Part shown: positions 44,510 through 54,801 of the stretch, in pieces
Position numbering within the stretch: the stretch's first letter is position 1
Layout of the letters: every line of letters starts with the position of its first letter
Source: a virus
DNA length: 64,000 bases
Virus record (IMG/VR): IMGVR_UViG_3300038393_000351
Location: 53,392-117,391 of that record
Strand: one strand, 5' to 3'
Program-made: the position numbers and the translations under genes
Notes under the pieces: generated by a model
Seen by the model: the letters and a program-made list of their open reading frames with translations, nothing else
The model's database searches: none
Told to the model about the DNA's origin: nothing

Positions 44510-44747
44510 GAAGTACTCAAAACGGGGAAAGAAGTGGGCTCACGTCTGTTCCCCGAATCTTCATGAACTCCTGGCGTATGCTAAGAGACATGGACTTCGG
44601 AGAAAGGACAGGCGTCCCTGGATTCACTTCGACGTTACCGAGGAAGAACTCAATGAGCTTCCAAACATTGAGATAGTATCAAGATATGAATTATCGAAGC
44701 TCATGTCTAGATACAGACAACCCAAAACAGAAAAAGCCCCGAAATAA
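44487..44747 (+). CDS. DUF4031-like protein
   Basis: MIYSD...WAHV...ELLAYA...GL...HFDV pattern; ATG at 44487. Confidence 0.65.
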   Translation: MIYSDRPRKYSKRGKKWAHVCSPNLHELLAYAKRHGLRRKDRRPWIHFDVTEEELNELPNIEIVSRYELSKLMSRYRQPKTEKAPK

Positions 44748-44764
44748 TCGGGGCTTTCGTTTTA
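44730..44764. terminator. bidirectional terminator
   Basis: AAAAAGCCCCGA-aataa-TCGGGGCTTT between convergent genes. Confidence 0.8.
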
Positions 44765-44788
44765 TGTAGTCTTTAGATGCTTAGTGGA

Positions 44789-45301
44789 TTAAGCGGCTTT
44801 CTGAGCGTTGATCCACACTTCGTCGATGCCTGATCGAGGCTGACGCTTATCGGAACCGAAGTGACCATCGGTCTGATAGGGTTGGACTCCACGAAGTCCC
44901 TCCTGCATCCACTGAGCGTATCGCTGGGTAACAACACCCTTGTCCTCACCGGAATAGCGTTCTACCAGGGTCTGGATTCGATTCCAGTCCGGTTGAGTGT
45001 ATGAGAAGGGCTCGGCGCTGGCGTACGGAGTGTTCCGAAGAAAGCATCGTGCCAGGTGTGTCGAGCGAAGCTCCTTGCGGAGTCCCATCCGATGTTCCCA
45101 GAGACTGAAGGTGTTCGTCTCGTAGGGTACTTCAACGAATCCCGATCGATTCGCCAGAGCTTGTGCCTTCAGAACGTTCTGACGTCCTCGTGCTGCCCTC
45201 ATTGCCCATTTGTGTTTCAGTTCCTCCCGACGGATGATCTTCTGCTCAGCAGCCAGGCTATTTTCTTTGATCTTAAGTTTAGCGCGTTCGATATTCTTCA
45301 T
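44789..45301 (-). CDS. conserved hypothetical phage protein
   Basis: KLKIK..SLAAE..IIRREE.K...L.EHR..LR...R.THLA..FLR..PY...E; GGAG RBS. Confidence 0.75.
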   Translation of the reverse strand: MKNIERAKLKIKENSLAAEQKIIRREELKHKWAMRAARGRQNVLKAQALANRSGFVEVPYETNTFSLWEHRMGLRKELRSTHLARCFLRNTPYASAEPFSYTQPDWNRIQTLVERYSGEDKGVVTQRYAQWMQEGLRGVQPYQTDGHFGSDKRQPRSGIDEVWINAQKAA

Positions 45302-45433
45302 TTCATTTCTCCCGAAGATTCAAAAATAGTAAGTTCATAGATCGTGTAGGGGAGTTTTCAGGTGAATCCCTGGACTTAAATTCAAGCGTGCTTCATAGAA
45401 GTTCTCCGAGCGAGTAAATTCCGTTATCGATAG

Positions 45434-45470
45434 TATTTAACCACAAAACATGTTGTATGAAACTTTTATT
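45434..45470 (-). promoter_or_regulatory. promoter sharing the AATAAAAGTTTC...GTGGTTA motif
   Basis: same layout as 3345-3382; ends in TAAATA. Confidence 0.5.
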
Positions 45471-45715
45471 TAACCACCCCAGGGATAGGTATAAAGAAAC
45501 ATACCTAAATTGATGTTAGTACTTGGAAATGTGCCTGTGTATCCAGATGTATTTTGATAATTATGTCCTCTATAAGCACCTAAATTATAAGCTACGTATC
45601 CTCGTGCCATATATACTTGAGTGGGTGGAGATGTGCTGGTATCAAAATAGTAATAGTTATAATAATAGTTGTAAATGCCTGCTAGATCACGCGCTGTATT
45701 TCCCGACACGGACAT
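45470..45715 (-). CDS. small Tyr-rich tail-fibre-associated protein
   Basis: 81 aa directly after fibre gene; FPS.NI.LG.F C-terminal motif. Confidence 0.6.
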   Translation of the reverse strand: MSVSGNTARDLAGIYNYYYNYYYFDTSTSPPTQVYMARGYVAYNLGAYRGHNYQNTSGYTGTFPSTNINLGMFLYTYPWGG

Positions 45716-45716
45716 C

Positions 45717-46889
45717 TTACTTCTTCTCCAATTTCTCTACTTTAGTCTTCAGTTCTTTGATCGCTTCAACGAGAAGAGGTATTAGCTTCTCATATGATAT
45801 AGTGAGATAGTTCTCGCCGCTCTTAGAAGTTCCATCATCGTTTCTGTCAAACGCCGCAAGTGAAATAGCTTCTGGGAGGACTTCTTGAACTTCCTGAGCT
45901 ATAAGACCAACTTGAGGACGATTGTCCTTAAACCCGAGTTTGGCTCCTAGTCTGTTCTGTTTATAGTGATACCCAGTCAAGCTAGATACTTTTGACAGCG
46001 CGTTCTTGATCTTAGCGAAACCAGTCTTCAGTCGCTTATCTGAATAGTAAGCGTACACATTTCCCTGTGCGTAGATGTCTCCATATGAATAGAGATAGCT
46101 CGTGGCTAAGAAGTGAGCTGCAGTCTGATCTGTACCGCTCATGACGTTACTTGGAAGATTTCCGCTGTGATTAGACCGCGCTAGATAGTACGATGAACTC
46201 TGACCATTTAAATTGGAAGCGTTGGTAGCATTGGTCGCTGTTGTGGCTGTAGTTGCTGTAGTCGCCGTGTTAGCTGTTGTAGCATTGGTCGCCGTAGCAG
46301 CTGATCCAGCTGTGTTGGCGAATGTAGCGGTGTTTGAAGTTCCTGTGTAGAAGGTCGCGTTGATGCTCGATGTACCACCCAGCGTAATCTGACCGGAAGT
46401 GATCGTGGTGTTTAAACCGACTTTGACTGAAGTCGTGTTAGCTACCGTGTTTCCAATAGCCAGAGCGGTTGTGTTTGAAGAGACTACACCTATCTGAACG
46501 ACTGAGGAGTTGATGAATGTTCCACCAACATTCACTGTTCCCGATGTTTTATCGAATGTAAAAGCGGGAAATCCAGCAGATGAACCGGAATCGTTGATGA
46601 TGACTTGAGTGTTTGAACCATTCAGAGCACCGGCGATCGGACCCCATCCAGTGCTCGTATATCCTTCAAATGAACCCAGATCGCTGTTGTATCTTAGATA
46701 TCCAGGGATTCCCACTGGACGATTTACCGTATTACCCACAGGTAATTTAACGGCGTCTGTCGCGTTGACTTCCCATGTGACTAATGGAGCGTGTGTATTC
46801 GTCCCAATTCTCTTGGTAGAAGTATTGACGGTTAATGCACCGTTTGCAGCGTTGAAGCCGTTTTTAATCTGGAAACGAATATCTGACAC
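45717..46889 (-). CDS. tail fibre protein with C-terminal intramolecular chaperone (peptidase S74)
   Basis: LPVG....RP...G.LRYN....FEGY; YYSDKRLK...GLIAQEV..VLPEA...LLVEAIKEL. Confidence 0.88.
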   Translation of the reverse strand: MSDIRFQIKNGFNAANGALTVNTSTKRIGTNTHAPLVTWEVNATDAVKLPVGNTVNRPVGIPGYLRYNSDLGSFEGYTSTGWGPIAGALNGSNTQVIINDSGSSAGFPAFTFDKTSGTVNVGGTFINSSVVQIGVVSSNTTALAIGNTVANTTSVKVGLNTTITSGQITLGGTSSINATFYTGTSNTATFANTAGSAATATNATTANTATTATTATTATNATNASNLNGQSSSYYLARSNHSGNLPSNVMSGTDQTAAHFLATSYLYSYGDIYAQGNVYAYYSDKRLKTGFAKIKNALSKVSSLTGYHYKQNRLGAKLGFKDNRPQVGLIAQEVQEVLPEAISLAAFDRNDDGTSKSGENYLTISYEKLIPLLVEAIKELKTKVEKLEKK

Positions 46890-46922
46890 AGTTCACTCTC
46901 CCTGTTTTTGCTTATTTATGAG

Positions 46923-49900
46923 TTATTCAAATGATTGCTTGAAGCGTACTTTAGCCACACGAGATATCGGATTCTTGACGACTGCAACGTCGAGTCCATC
47001 GGATGAATGAACCGTGACTGAGCGAGCTGCAGCTTCAAAGATAGTCACGAAGTCGTGAGGAGGAATAGCAGCATAGGCGCGTACGCTTGAAGAACACATC
47101 GCCGTACCAACGCCATTAGCGTATTGAATAAGACCACTAATAGCCTGCGCTGTGCTCGAATCAACGACTGAATAACTTGCATCTAGAACGGATGTTCCAA
47201 TAGACTGAGCGTCCGATGTTCCTGCAGCAGATCCAGTGATCTCAATGATGGCAACGATAGATGCACTTGCGCTCGATGTAGAATCCGATGAAGCGACCGC
47301 ACTAGCTATAGAAGCACCGACGAATGAAGTACTTGAACCAGCACCGACTGCATACGTACTCGGAATGAAAGCTACGAGAGGAGCTGAAGTCGTTGAAATT
47401 CCAGATGCTTCACCGATGATGGGAACTATAGATCCACCGACACCTGTCACGGTGCTTATCGACTCAGACGTTCCGTCTCCTTCTCCAGACGAATGTGTAT
47501 GAGCGAAAGCTGAAGATGAACCAGAAGATGAAGCAACGGATTCAGCGGTCGATTCGGCTCGAACGTCAGAAGTAGACGTTCCAGTTGCTTCTGCGGCCGA
47601 GGAATCGATTGATCCTCCTGAAACACTTGAAGACGCGCTTCCGGACGCAGAAGCAGCAGCTGGTGTTACTGCACTACCCACAAATGAAGCACTTGAAGTT
47701 CCAGATATAGATGTAGTAGAAGCCGCAGTCGATCTTCCAACGCCGCTTACTCCGGATGTACCACTAGATGATACGGTTCTTAGAGTTACGGCATTGCCGA
47801 TGAATGAAGTGCTCGATGTACCAGATGACGATGATGTTGAAGCCGCAGTGGATTCTCCATCAAACGATGAAGTCGATGTACCAGCGGCGCTCGCTGTGAT
47901 AGAAGTAACTGCTCTACCAACGAACGATGAGCTCGATGTGCCCGCTGACGAAGCGTCGACTGAGTCGATTGAAGCTCCTACTATCGATGTAGAGCTTGCA
48001 CCAGATGCAGTGCCGTGTCCGATCGAGTATAATAAGTTAGTAGCTGATGCCGAAGATGAACCAGAAGAAGCACCGACTCCAGCGATGATAGTCGCTGGAT
48101 CACCGGAAACAGCAGAAGTTCCGATGGAACTTCCAGTTGCTGAAGCGATGGGATTTGCTACACCTGACCCACTGCTTACACCATTTGATGATGCAGTAGA
48201 GCTGGCGATCGGTGCTGCTACAGCCTGATATTTCTTTCCTGCGTAAAGTAGCGCATTATAATCATTGATCCAAATTTTAGTTAAATCGGATGAAGACGTG
48301 ATATAACGGAATTGAGCGTAGTCACTCGGAGATATGATCTCAAGATTCCATGTAATACCAGAATCTTGAGATGTATATAACTTTCCTGGATCAGAAACAC
48401 CGGCTCTTCCATCATCAGCGACAATGAATTTCGTTCCATCTGGTGATACCCAGACAGCTGTGGCGTACATCGTCTGAAGATTACTAAGTTCAGTCCAAGT
48501 CGCACCTGAATCTCTGGATATGTATGCGTAACCATATCCATTATTGCTGTTAGCGTCGTTAGCAGCTATTAGTACACTTCCATCAGCGGATGAAGCTACT
48601 GAATACCAATAGTTACTGGATGTTGAATAGCCTCCTGGATCTCTCTGAGTCCAAGTCGCACCTGAGTCAGTCGATGTGTAGAGATATCCCGTACCGTCAG
48701 CATCCGAGCCTATTAACTTTGTGCCATCAGCAGATGAAGCTAGAACTATGAAGTATTGAGTAAATGGTGTCTGCTGCGTCCAGGTTACACCTGAGTCGCT
48801 CGATGTGTAGATCGAGCCACCATATTCACTCGCGACTAACTTTGTGCCATCTGCAGATGAAGCTATAGTGTACCACTCACGTGAGCCAGATCCAGTCTGC
48901 TGTGTCCACGTTACACCGTAGTCAGATGATGTATAGATATAATCGCTGTAGAATGAAGCCGCGAGCTTACTGCAGTCGCTTGAAGCGACAAGCATTGAAA
49001 AACTTGACGGAAGTGCTTGTCGCTTCGTCCACGTAACACCTGAATCGCTAGAAGTATGAATCGAGTTATCTGTAGAACTATACGCTACTAAATAAGAACC
49101 ATCAGACGAAGTGACGAAGAAGTCATAGTTTATGCTATTATTCTTATCCCAGGAATAATCACCGCCGGCGCTGATGGTGCCGACGACTCCTCGAGTAGAA
49201 GCACCGACTGCGTAGTCTTTCGTAAAGCTTTCAGCGGTGAGTGTATAGATGCTATCATTACCAATGGCGACCGCTAGTTTTTTACCGTCATATGAAGAAG
49301 TTATATCACTCCAAAAGGCTTTTGATCCAATGTCAGTTCGCTTCTTCCACGTAACACCAAAGTCGTTTGAGACATATAGATAATCATTCGTGGCTGCTGC
49401 AGCTACAGTATTACCATCTCCAGAAATAGCGATGGAACTAAAGTTAGCATTAAAACTAATTGAATTGGTAGCTACTTGATTGAACCACGTAACACCCGAA
49501 TCAGATGATAACCACACGTACTGATTATTGATAGCTATAAGCTTTGTGCCATCAGCAGATGATTTTACTTTTCTCCAGCTTTTTGATCCAGATCCAGACT
49601 GTGATGTCCAGGTTACACCCGAGTCTGTTGATGTAATAATGTAACCAGCACTTGGTGCTGCGACTAACTTTGTACCATCAGCAGATGAAGCTACTGATAC
49701 TAAGTTAACGCTACCACTGGTACCTGCAAACCAAGTTGCACCTGAGTCAGTCGATAACCAAATTTTTCCTGGTGCAGCAACGGCAACTAACTTTGTACCA
49801 TCAGCAGATGAAGCGATAGAAGACCATGCGAATACATCACCACCAACGACGTGTTCAGTCCAAGTAACACCGGAGTCAGTCGATGTATAGATGTAGCCGT

Positions 49901-52900
49901 TGTTAACAACAGCTGCGAGCTTAGTACCATCCGAAGACGACGTGATCCACTGCCAAAAGCGTGAACCAGCACCGCTTTGTAGAGTCCAAGTAACACCTGA
50001 GTCAGTTGATGTGTAGATAAACGTATTGTTAACAACGGCGAGCTTAGTACCGTCATCAGATGAAGCAATGTAGTTCCAGCTTCCCGATCCGGTTCTCTGT
50101 ATCCAAGACGTAGCGCCGTCACCAAGAGCGACACCCTGTCCCCATCTTACTATAGCACTCTGTGCTGATGCCGATGATGTTCCTGAGGAACTACCATCTA
50201 TAGCATTGACTGATTGTGCATCACCAGATGCAGAGCTACTTCCAGATGAATTACCACTAAAAGATATAATGCCGTTATCTGGTGTAATTCCAATAAGCCA
50301 TGCTGCCCATGGATCGGAGCCAGTGTTACCGTTATCAGATTGAACCACATCATTTGTTGCACCAGTAGACGCAAATGGTATATCAGCTGCGTATACAAGA
50401 CCATCAAAGCGTTCAGTTAATTCAACTGGTGGAGAAAGATTTCCAGATCCTGTCCAATTATGAGAGATCCAAATGAGCATATCATTTGGTTGAGTAGTTG
50501 TAATTCCGAGTGCATCAGATGATACTCCTACACCAGTATTATGTGATGAAGCATCGATGAATAATCCTGATTTAGAAGCACCAGCATACGCTAATAAAAT
50601 CGCTTGTGATGAAGCACTTGAGTGCGTAAAAGTATAGCTACCGCTTTCGCTTGCGGCTCGTTTCGCGTATACATGCAATTGACCATTAAAATTACCACTG
50701 TCGGTTACGGATGTTGGAGAACCAGGAAGCTCTGTAAATCCAGCTGGAGCTATAACCGATGGCGCGGTCGTATCAGCACCAACGAATATTGCCGCGATGA
50801 TAACATCATCATCCACAAGGCCGCTGGGTGCTGATAACGTAGTATCAGTTCTTACAGCGTATGTCGTTGACGAAGACGAGCGAAATACGATAGTTTTGAT
50901 TGAGTCTCCAACAACAGCTGTAGAAGCTGTACCAGAAGCGCTGGCGCTCGATCCAGCAGCACCCGTGGCTGTTGATGTTCCAGATGATGACCCAGATGAT
51001 GAAATTACAACAGCACTAGTTGATTGAGCTGTGCTCGTGCCAGCAGACGTCGCAGCAGCCCCGTTTATACTTACGCCGTTTGCTACGGTGCTTCGTGCAC
51101 CAGTATAAACGTAATCGTAATAAGTAACGGCTACTATTTTAGTACCATCAGAAGATAGTGCTGTTTTAACCCACCGATTATATCCTGCGGCTGCTTGAGG
51201 AGTCCACGTAGCACCTGAGTCATTAGACATATAGATGTAGTCATATTGACTTGTGTTAACAGTGGCGACTATCTTAGTACCATCAGCGGATATCGCAATT
51301 GATTTCCACTGCTTTGAACCAACGTCTGTGTGTTGAGTCCACGTTACGCCGGAATCTGTAGACGTGGAAATATAAGCCGCTCCTACTAAGCTAGCGATTG
51401 CCAGCTTAGTACCATCAGCCGATGACGCTACAGCGAACCAATATCCAGTTCCAGATCCAGTCTGCCGTGTCCAGGTTACACCAGAGTCACTCGACGTGTA
51501 GATGTAATCACCGTTATCATTGCCGGCGATTAGTTTGGTACCATCAGCTGACGATGCGATCGATCGCCATTGTTTTACGGGAGCATTAGTCTGCTGTGTC
51601 CACGTAACACCCGAGTCAGTAGATGTATAGATGTTTCCATTATAAACAACAGCCGCTAGCTTAGTACCATCAGCGGATGACGCAATCGCTTGCCAACTTC
51701 TTGAACCCGATCCCGTTTGCTGAGTCCAGGTAACACCGGAATCCGTAGACGTATAAACGTAATCGGTGTTGCTGTTAACGATAGCTAATTTGGTGCCATC
51801 ATCGGACGATGCTAGACTTGTCCAAGTAGCGTAAGGTAAGATGCTAGTGCGGAGCGTCCACGTTACACCTGAGTCGGTTGATGTATAGATATAACCAACG
51901 TCTGATGCGATTAGTTTAGTACCATCAGCAGATGAGGCAACTTGATATAAATATTTTACACCAAGACTCGTCTGTTTCGTCCATGATATGTCACCACCGC
52001 CGCCTGCAACACCAGTTGATGATATCGTTTGAAGACCTGCACCAGCACTGGATGCTGCACCGATACCAGATGCTGAAGCTGTAGAAGATGCTGTAGAAGC
52101 ACCGGTAGCAGAAGCAGCACCTACACCTAAAGCACTTGCTTTAACACCTGAAGCGCCGACGCCCGATACTGTGCTTGTGCCAGATGAAGATCCTGCACCA
52201 GTCTGATAGTTAGCTAAAGCACGAACGGTGTACTCATTGTATTTTAAAGTACCGTTATCATTGAGGACATATGGAATGACCATATTAGAACCACTCTGAT
52301 AGATCAGTCCATCTACGGATAAATCACTCTGAGCAGTTTGGGATGCAGAAGAAGTGTAAATCGTTCCGACTAATGTGAACGTGGAGCAGTTATCAACGGA
52401 TTTATAAAGAACCCAGTTATGAGAAGTTTGTAACTGAATTATCCAATAAACAGTACTTCCATCAGCAAATAATCTGTATGGATATGCTTCTGGAGCAGTA
52501 ATAGAAATATTACTGCTAATAACGAAACTTGGGGATACTCCAGTTGGAAATTCAACTACTTTTGGAAAACTCGAAGGATTTCCAGTAAGAGGAATAGCGA
52601 CTCGAGTAGAACCAGTAGTGCCAACAAAACCGATAGCGCGCGTCCGGGAGAGGTTAGCTTGAAGCACACCTCCTGTTGTTGTCAGTGCAGACCCTAGAAC
52701 GTTAGAACTGTTTAAATCACGTTCTAAAAGTTCACTACTGTTACTACCAACATATAGAAAATGTACACTACTAGATGATCCTACGGCACAGTTTGGATTC
52801 GTATAATCTATTGTGCCTCCACCATCAACACCTGTGACTCCTGACCACGTGTTAAGCCCGGTGCGTACTACGTATCCGACACGGGAATAACTTTTTCCCA

Positions 52901-53366
52901 TGGAAGCTGCTTGTGCCGTGTTAAAAAATATTAACGGCATATTATCTGATGTTCTAAACGTTATCGCAACGCCATCTTGACGAACACCAGCGCTTGTAGA
53001 AGTGTTAGGAAATGAACCACCAATCGGTGTTTCAGCGATAGTAAAACTATCGCTGGCCATATTAAAAGCGTAGTACTGTGGTTGAGCGCCCGTTGAAGAC
53101 CCATTAACGGATACGGCGATATGAATAATGTCTCCGACTTGAACAGCCGAGATGTTGTTTATAGCAATCGCACCAACTGTTATAGTAGCAGATTGAGTTG
53201 CTATGCTGGACCAAGAAGTAGATGGAGACGTTGATTTATACGCTTGACACGTTGTAGCTGTTGTAGAGTCTACACCAAATAGATAAAAATTTCCAGCACT
53301 CGATTTATAAGGACCAGCGATTGGTACCGCTGTTGATAAACCGGTTATCGTAACGGGAAGAGCCAT
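46923..53366 (-). CDS. giant virion adhesin/fibre with Asp-box (BNR) beta-propellers
   Basis: 18 S.D.G.TW Asp-boxes in three blocks of six; Ser/Ala/Gly-rich spacers. Confidence 0.8.
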   Translation of the reverse strand: MALPVTITGLSTAVPIAGPYKSSAGNFYLFGVDSTTATTCQAYKSTSPSTSWSSIATQSATITVGAIAINNISAVQVGDIIHIAVSVNGSSTGAQPQYYAFNMASDSFTIAETPIGGSFPNTSTSAGVRQDGVAITFRTSDNMPLIFFNTAQAASMGKSYSRVGYVVRTGLNTWSGVTGVDGGGTIDYTNPNCAVGSSSSVHFLYVGSNSSELLERDLNSSNVLGSALTTTGGVLQANLSRTRAIGFVGTTGSTRVAIPLTGNPSSFPKVVEFPTGVSPSFVISSNISITAPEAYPYRLFADGSTVYWIIQLQTSHNWVLYKSVDNCSTFTLVGTIYTSSASQTAQSDLSVDGLIYQSGSNMVIPYVLNDNGTLKYNEYTVRALANYQTGAGSSSGTSTVSGVGASGVKASALGVGAASATGASTASSTASASGIGAASSAGAGLQTISSTGVAGGGGDISWTKQTSLGVKYLYQVASSADGTKLIASDVGYIYTSTDSGVTWTLRTSILPYATWTSLASSDDGTKLAIVNSNTDYVYTSTDSGVTWTQQTGSGSRSWQAIASSADGTKLAAVVYNGNIYTSTDSGVTWTQQTNAPVKQWRSIASSADGTKLIAGNDNGDYIYTSSDSGVTWTRQTGSGTGYWFAVASSADGTKLAIASLVGAAYISTSTDSGVTWTQHTDVGSKQWKSIAISADGTKIVATVNTSQYDYIYMSNDSGATWTPQAAAGYNRWVKTALSSDGTKIVAVTYYDYVYTGARSTVANGVSINGAAATSAGTSTAQSTSAVVISSSGSSSGTSTATGAAGSSASASGTASTAVVGDSIKTIVFRSSSSTTYAVRTDTTLSAPSGLVDDDVIIAAIFVGADTTAPSVIAPAGFTELPGSPTSVTDSGNFNGQLHVYAKRAASESGSYTFTHSSASSQAILLAYAGASKSGLFIDASSHNTGVGVSSDALGITTTQPNDMLIWISHNWTGSGNLSPPVELTERFDGLVYAADIPFASTGATNDVVQSDNGNTGSDPWAAWLIGITPDNGIISFSGNSSGSSSASGDAQSVNAIDGSSSGTSSASAQSAIVRWGQGVALGDGATSWIQRTGSGSWNYIASSDDGTKLAVVNNTFIYTSTDSGVTWTLQSGAGSRFWQWITSSSDGTKLAAVVNNGYIYTSTDSGVTWTEHVVGGDVFAWSSIASSADGTKLVAVAAPGKIWLSTDSGATWFAGTSGSVNLVSVASSADGTKLVAAPSAGYIITSTDSGVTWTSQSGSGSKSWRKVKSSADGTKLIAINNQYVWLSSDSGVTWFNQVATNSISFNANFSSIAISGDGNTVAAAATNDYLYVSNDFGVTWKKRTDIGSKAFWSDITSSYDGKKLAVAIGNDSIYTLTAESFTKDYAVGASTRGVVGTISAGGDYSWDKNNSINYDFFVTSSDGSYLVAYSSTDNSIHTSSDSGVTWTKRQALPSSFSMLVASSDCSKLAASFYSDYIYTSSDYGVTWTQQTGSGSREWYTIASSADGTKLVASEYGGSIYTSSDSGVTWTQQTPFTQYFIVLASSADGTKLIGSDADGTGYLYTSTDSGATWTQRDPGGYSTSSNYWYSVASSADGSVLIAANDANSNNGYGYAYISRDSGATWTELSNLQTMYATAVWVSPDGTKFIVADDGRAGVSDPGKLYTSQDSGITWNLEIISPSDYAQFRYITSSSDLTKIWINDYNALLYAGKKYQAVAAPIASSTASSNGVSSGSGVANPIASATGSSIGTSAVSGDPATIIAGVGASSGSSSASATNLLYSIGHGTASGASSTSIVGASIDSVDASSAGTSSSSFVGRAVTSITASAAGTSTSSFDGESTAASTSSSSGTSSTSFIGNAVTLRTVSSSGTSGVSGVGRSTAASTTSISGTSSASFVGSAVTPAAASASGSASSSVSGGSIDSSAAEATGTSTSDVRAESTAESVASSSGSSSAFAHTHSSGEGDGTSESISTVTGVGGSIVPIIGEASGISTTSAPLVAFIPSTYAVGAGSSTSFVGASIASAVASSDSTSSASASIVAIIEITGSAAGTSDAQSIGTSVLDASYSVVDSSTAQAISGLIQYANGVGTAMCSSSVRAYAAIPPHDFVTIFEAAARSVTVHSSDGLDVAVVKNPISRVAKVRFKQSFE

Positions 53367-53367
53367 A

Positions 53368-53922
53368 TTACATCACCACCGACGTACCGCGTTCGATGAA
53401 GCTATCATTAGGCAGCAGCGCTTTCCACTCTTCACGTGTTTTCCAATTGAGATTAAGATATCCCGATCCGGTCGATACCCAATGATACACGCGCGGCGCT
53501 ATAAGATGCATAGCTGAACTAAGATTTACGCATTCTTGATCTGATAAGCATGGAAAAACGTCTTCTGAGATGACTATATCTCCAGTTCCAATTAAATTCC
53601 GTCCGTCTGATGTTAAGCAGTCTGCGTTTAGAACATCAATAAGAGAGTTACTCGCTTTATTTTGGTGAATCCACGTAGAAGTATCAACAGCTAGAACGGT
53701 GTAGCCGCTGTTGATCCAATCTTCTGCAACCCATCCAAAAGCCGCACCAATGATTATGATCTTCTGATCTTTACTGGGATTGATTGCTTTAAGTAGAGCC
53801 CAGTGATCGTTGCCAAAATATTCTTGTTTACCAGCTTTTTCAAAGTGATACGTGACTCCATCGATCACGCAGCTATAGAGCGAATCCCACGTTTCTTTTT
53901 GGTCAAAATCAAGCAGAGGCAT
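53368..53922 (-). CDS. SAM-dependent methyltransferase-like protein
   Basis: IIIIGAAFGW..E...VLAVDTS...NAD...DIVISEDVF class I MTase pattern. Confidence 0.65.
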   Translation of the reverse strand: MPLLDFDQKETWDSLYSCVIDGVTYHFEKAGKQEYFGNDHWALLKAINPSKDQKIIIIGAAFGWVAEDWINSGYTVLAVDTSTWIHQNKASNSLIDVLNADCLTSDGRNLIGTGDIVISEDVFPCLSDQECVNLSSAMHLIAPRVYHWVSTGSGYLNLNWKTREEWKALLPNDSFIERGTSVVM

Positions 53923-53937
53923 ATGTCACCTTTGTAA

Positions 53938-53977
53938 AGAAAAAGTCCGGAAGCCTAATAATGACTTCCGGACTTTG
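53938..53977 (-). terminator. rho-independent terminator
   Basis: AAAGTCCGGAAG-loop-CTTCCGGACTTT followed by T-run on minus strand. Confidence 0.75.
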
Positions 53978-54007
53978 AAGTCCTTGATATTTAAGGAAAT
54001 ACGGCTA

Positions 54008-54436
54008 CTAGTCTTCCGTAATAGTCGACGCAGTCGTGAGTCGCGGGGTAACGCCTGTGGATACTGAGATCGACGGGGATACTGCACCGGAGTACAAGAT
54101 CTTCGTCGCACCCGAGGAAGCAACACCCACGGAGAAGTAAGTGATAGTCGCTGTACCACCTGTGCAAGCCGGAAAGTCGATGTTAGCAGCCGGAGAGACT
54201 GAGTTATTCGTCACAGTCCATCCACCAGATGTTCTAGCAACGGCTACTCGAGCATATGAAGTATAAGCAGCTTCTGAAGTGCTCTGCGTGCCCGTCTCGC
54301 CCGGATCAGCTGTGTGAAGAGCGACGTATAGGTTAGTCAGGGGCGAAGTGGCCGCATTGTCGGCGATGTTCGCGATAGCGGTAGCGTTGAAGATCAGCTT
54401 CAACCAGTCGTTTTCAAATGTATCGGACTTACTCAC
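54008..54436 (-). CDS. virion structural/fibre-associated protein
   Basis: LYVALHTADPGE...E..Y.SYARVAV...IDFP...TYF motif; late promoter TATAAATA at about 54460. Confidence 0.75.
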   Translation of the reverse strand: MSKSDTFENDWLKLIFNATAIANIADNAATSPLTNLYVALHTADPGETGTQSTSEAAYTSYARVAVARTSGGWTVTNNSVSPAANIDFPACTGGTATITYFSVGVASSGATKILYSGAVSPSISVSTGVTPRLTTASTITED

Positions 54437-54468
54437 GTTTCAAATCTCCTTGTTTCTTCTATTTATAT

Positions 54469-54801
54469 TCAGGCTATCTTTGTAGCCGCTGGTTTGAGGG
54501 TTACAACGCCCTCGATCGCTCGTGTTACTGTATTCTGAGATGTATCGGTTAGAAGTGCGTCGTAGACGTATCGACCAGGCTCCATGTTAGCGGACTGCTG
54601 GGGTTCTAAAGTCAGAGTCAAGACACCGTCAGTTACGTCGGTCGTAAAATCCACTGCGTTTGAGGAAGCGTATGACTTTCTCATCGAGGCGTTAGCGATG
54701 GTGTTCGCGGTCGATAACGGCACACCGTTCCTATCTTGGAGCTGGATTGAGTATGAAAACGTAGTTCCCTGATCGATCGTAAGAGGTATTCTCTGAGCCA
54801 T
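54469..54801 (-). CDS. baseplate/fibre attachment protein (Ig-like)
   Basis: IDQG.TF...A.MRKSY.S...GRYVYD...R..EG.V pattern. Confidence 0.75.
   Translation of the reverse strand: MAQRIPLTIDQGTTFSYSIQLQDRNGVPLSTANTIANASMRKSYASSNAVDFTTDVTDGVLTLTLEPQQSANMEPGRYVYDALLTDTSQNTVTRAIEGVVTLKPAATKIA

Noticed and set aside
48300-51960. CRISPR array or DGR template/variable repeats
   Set aside because: Repeats are degenerate, in-frame Asp-box codons inside one ORF; no cas gene, reverse transcriptase or adenine-specific divergence seen
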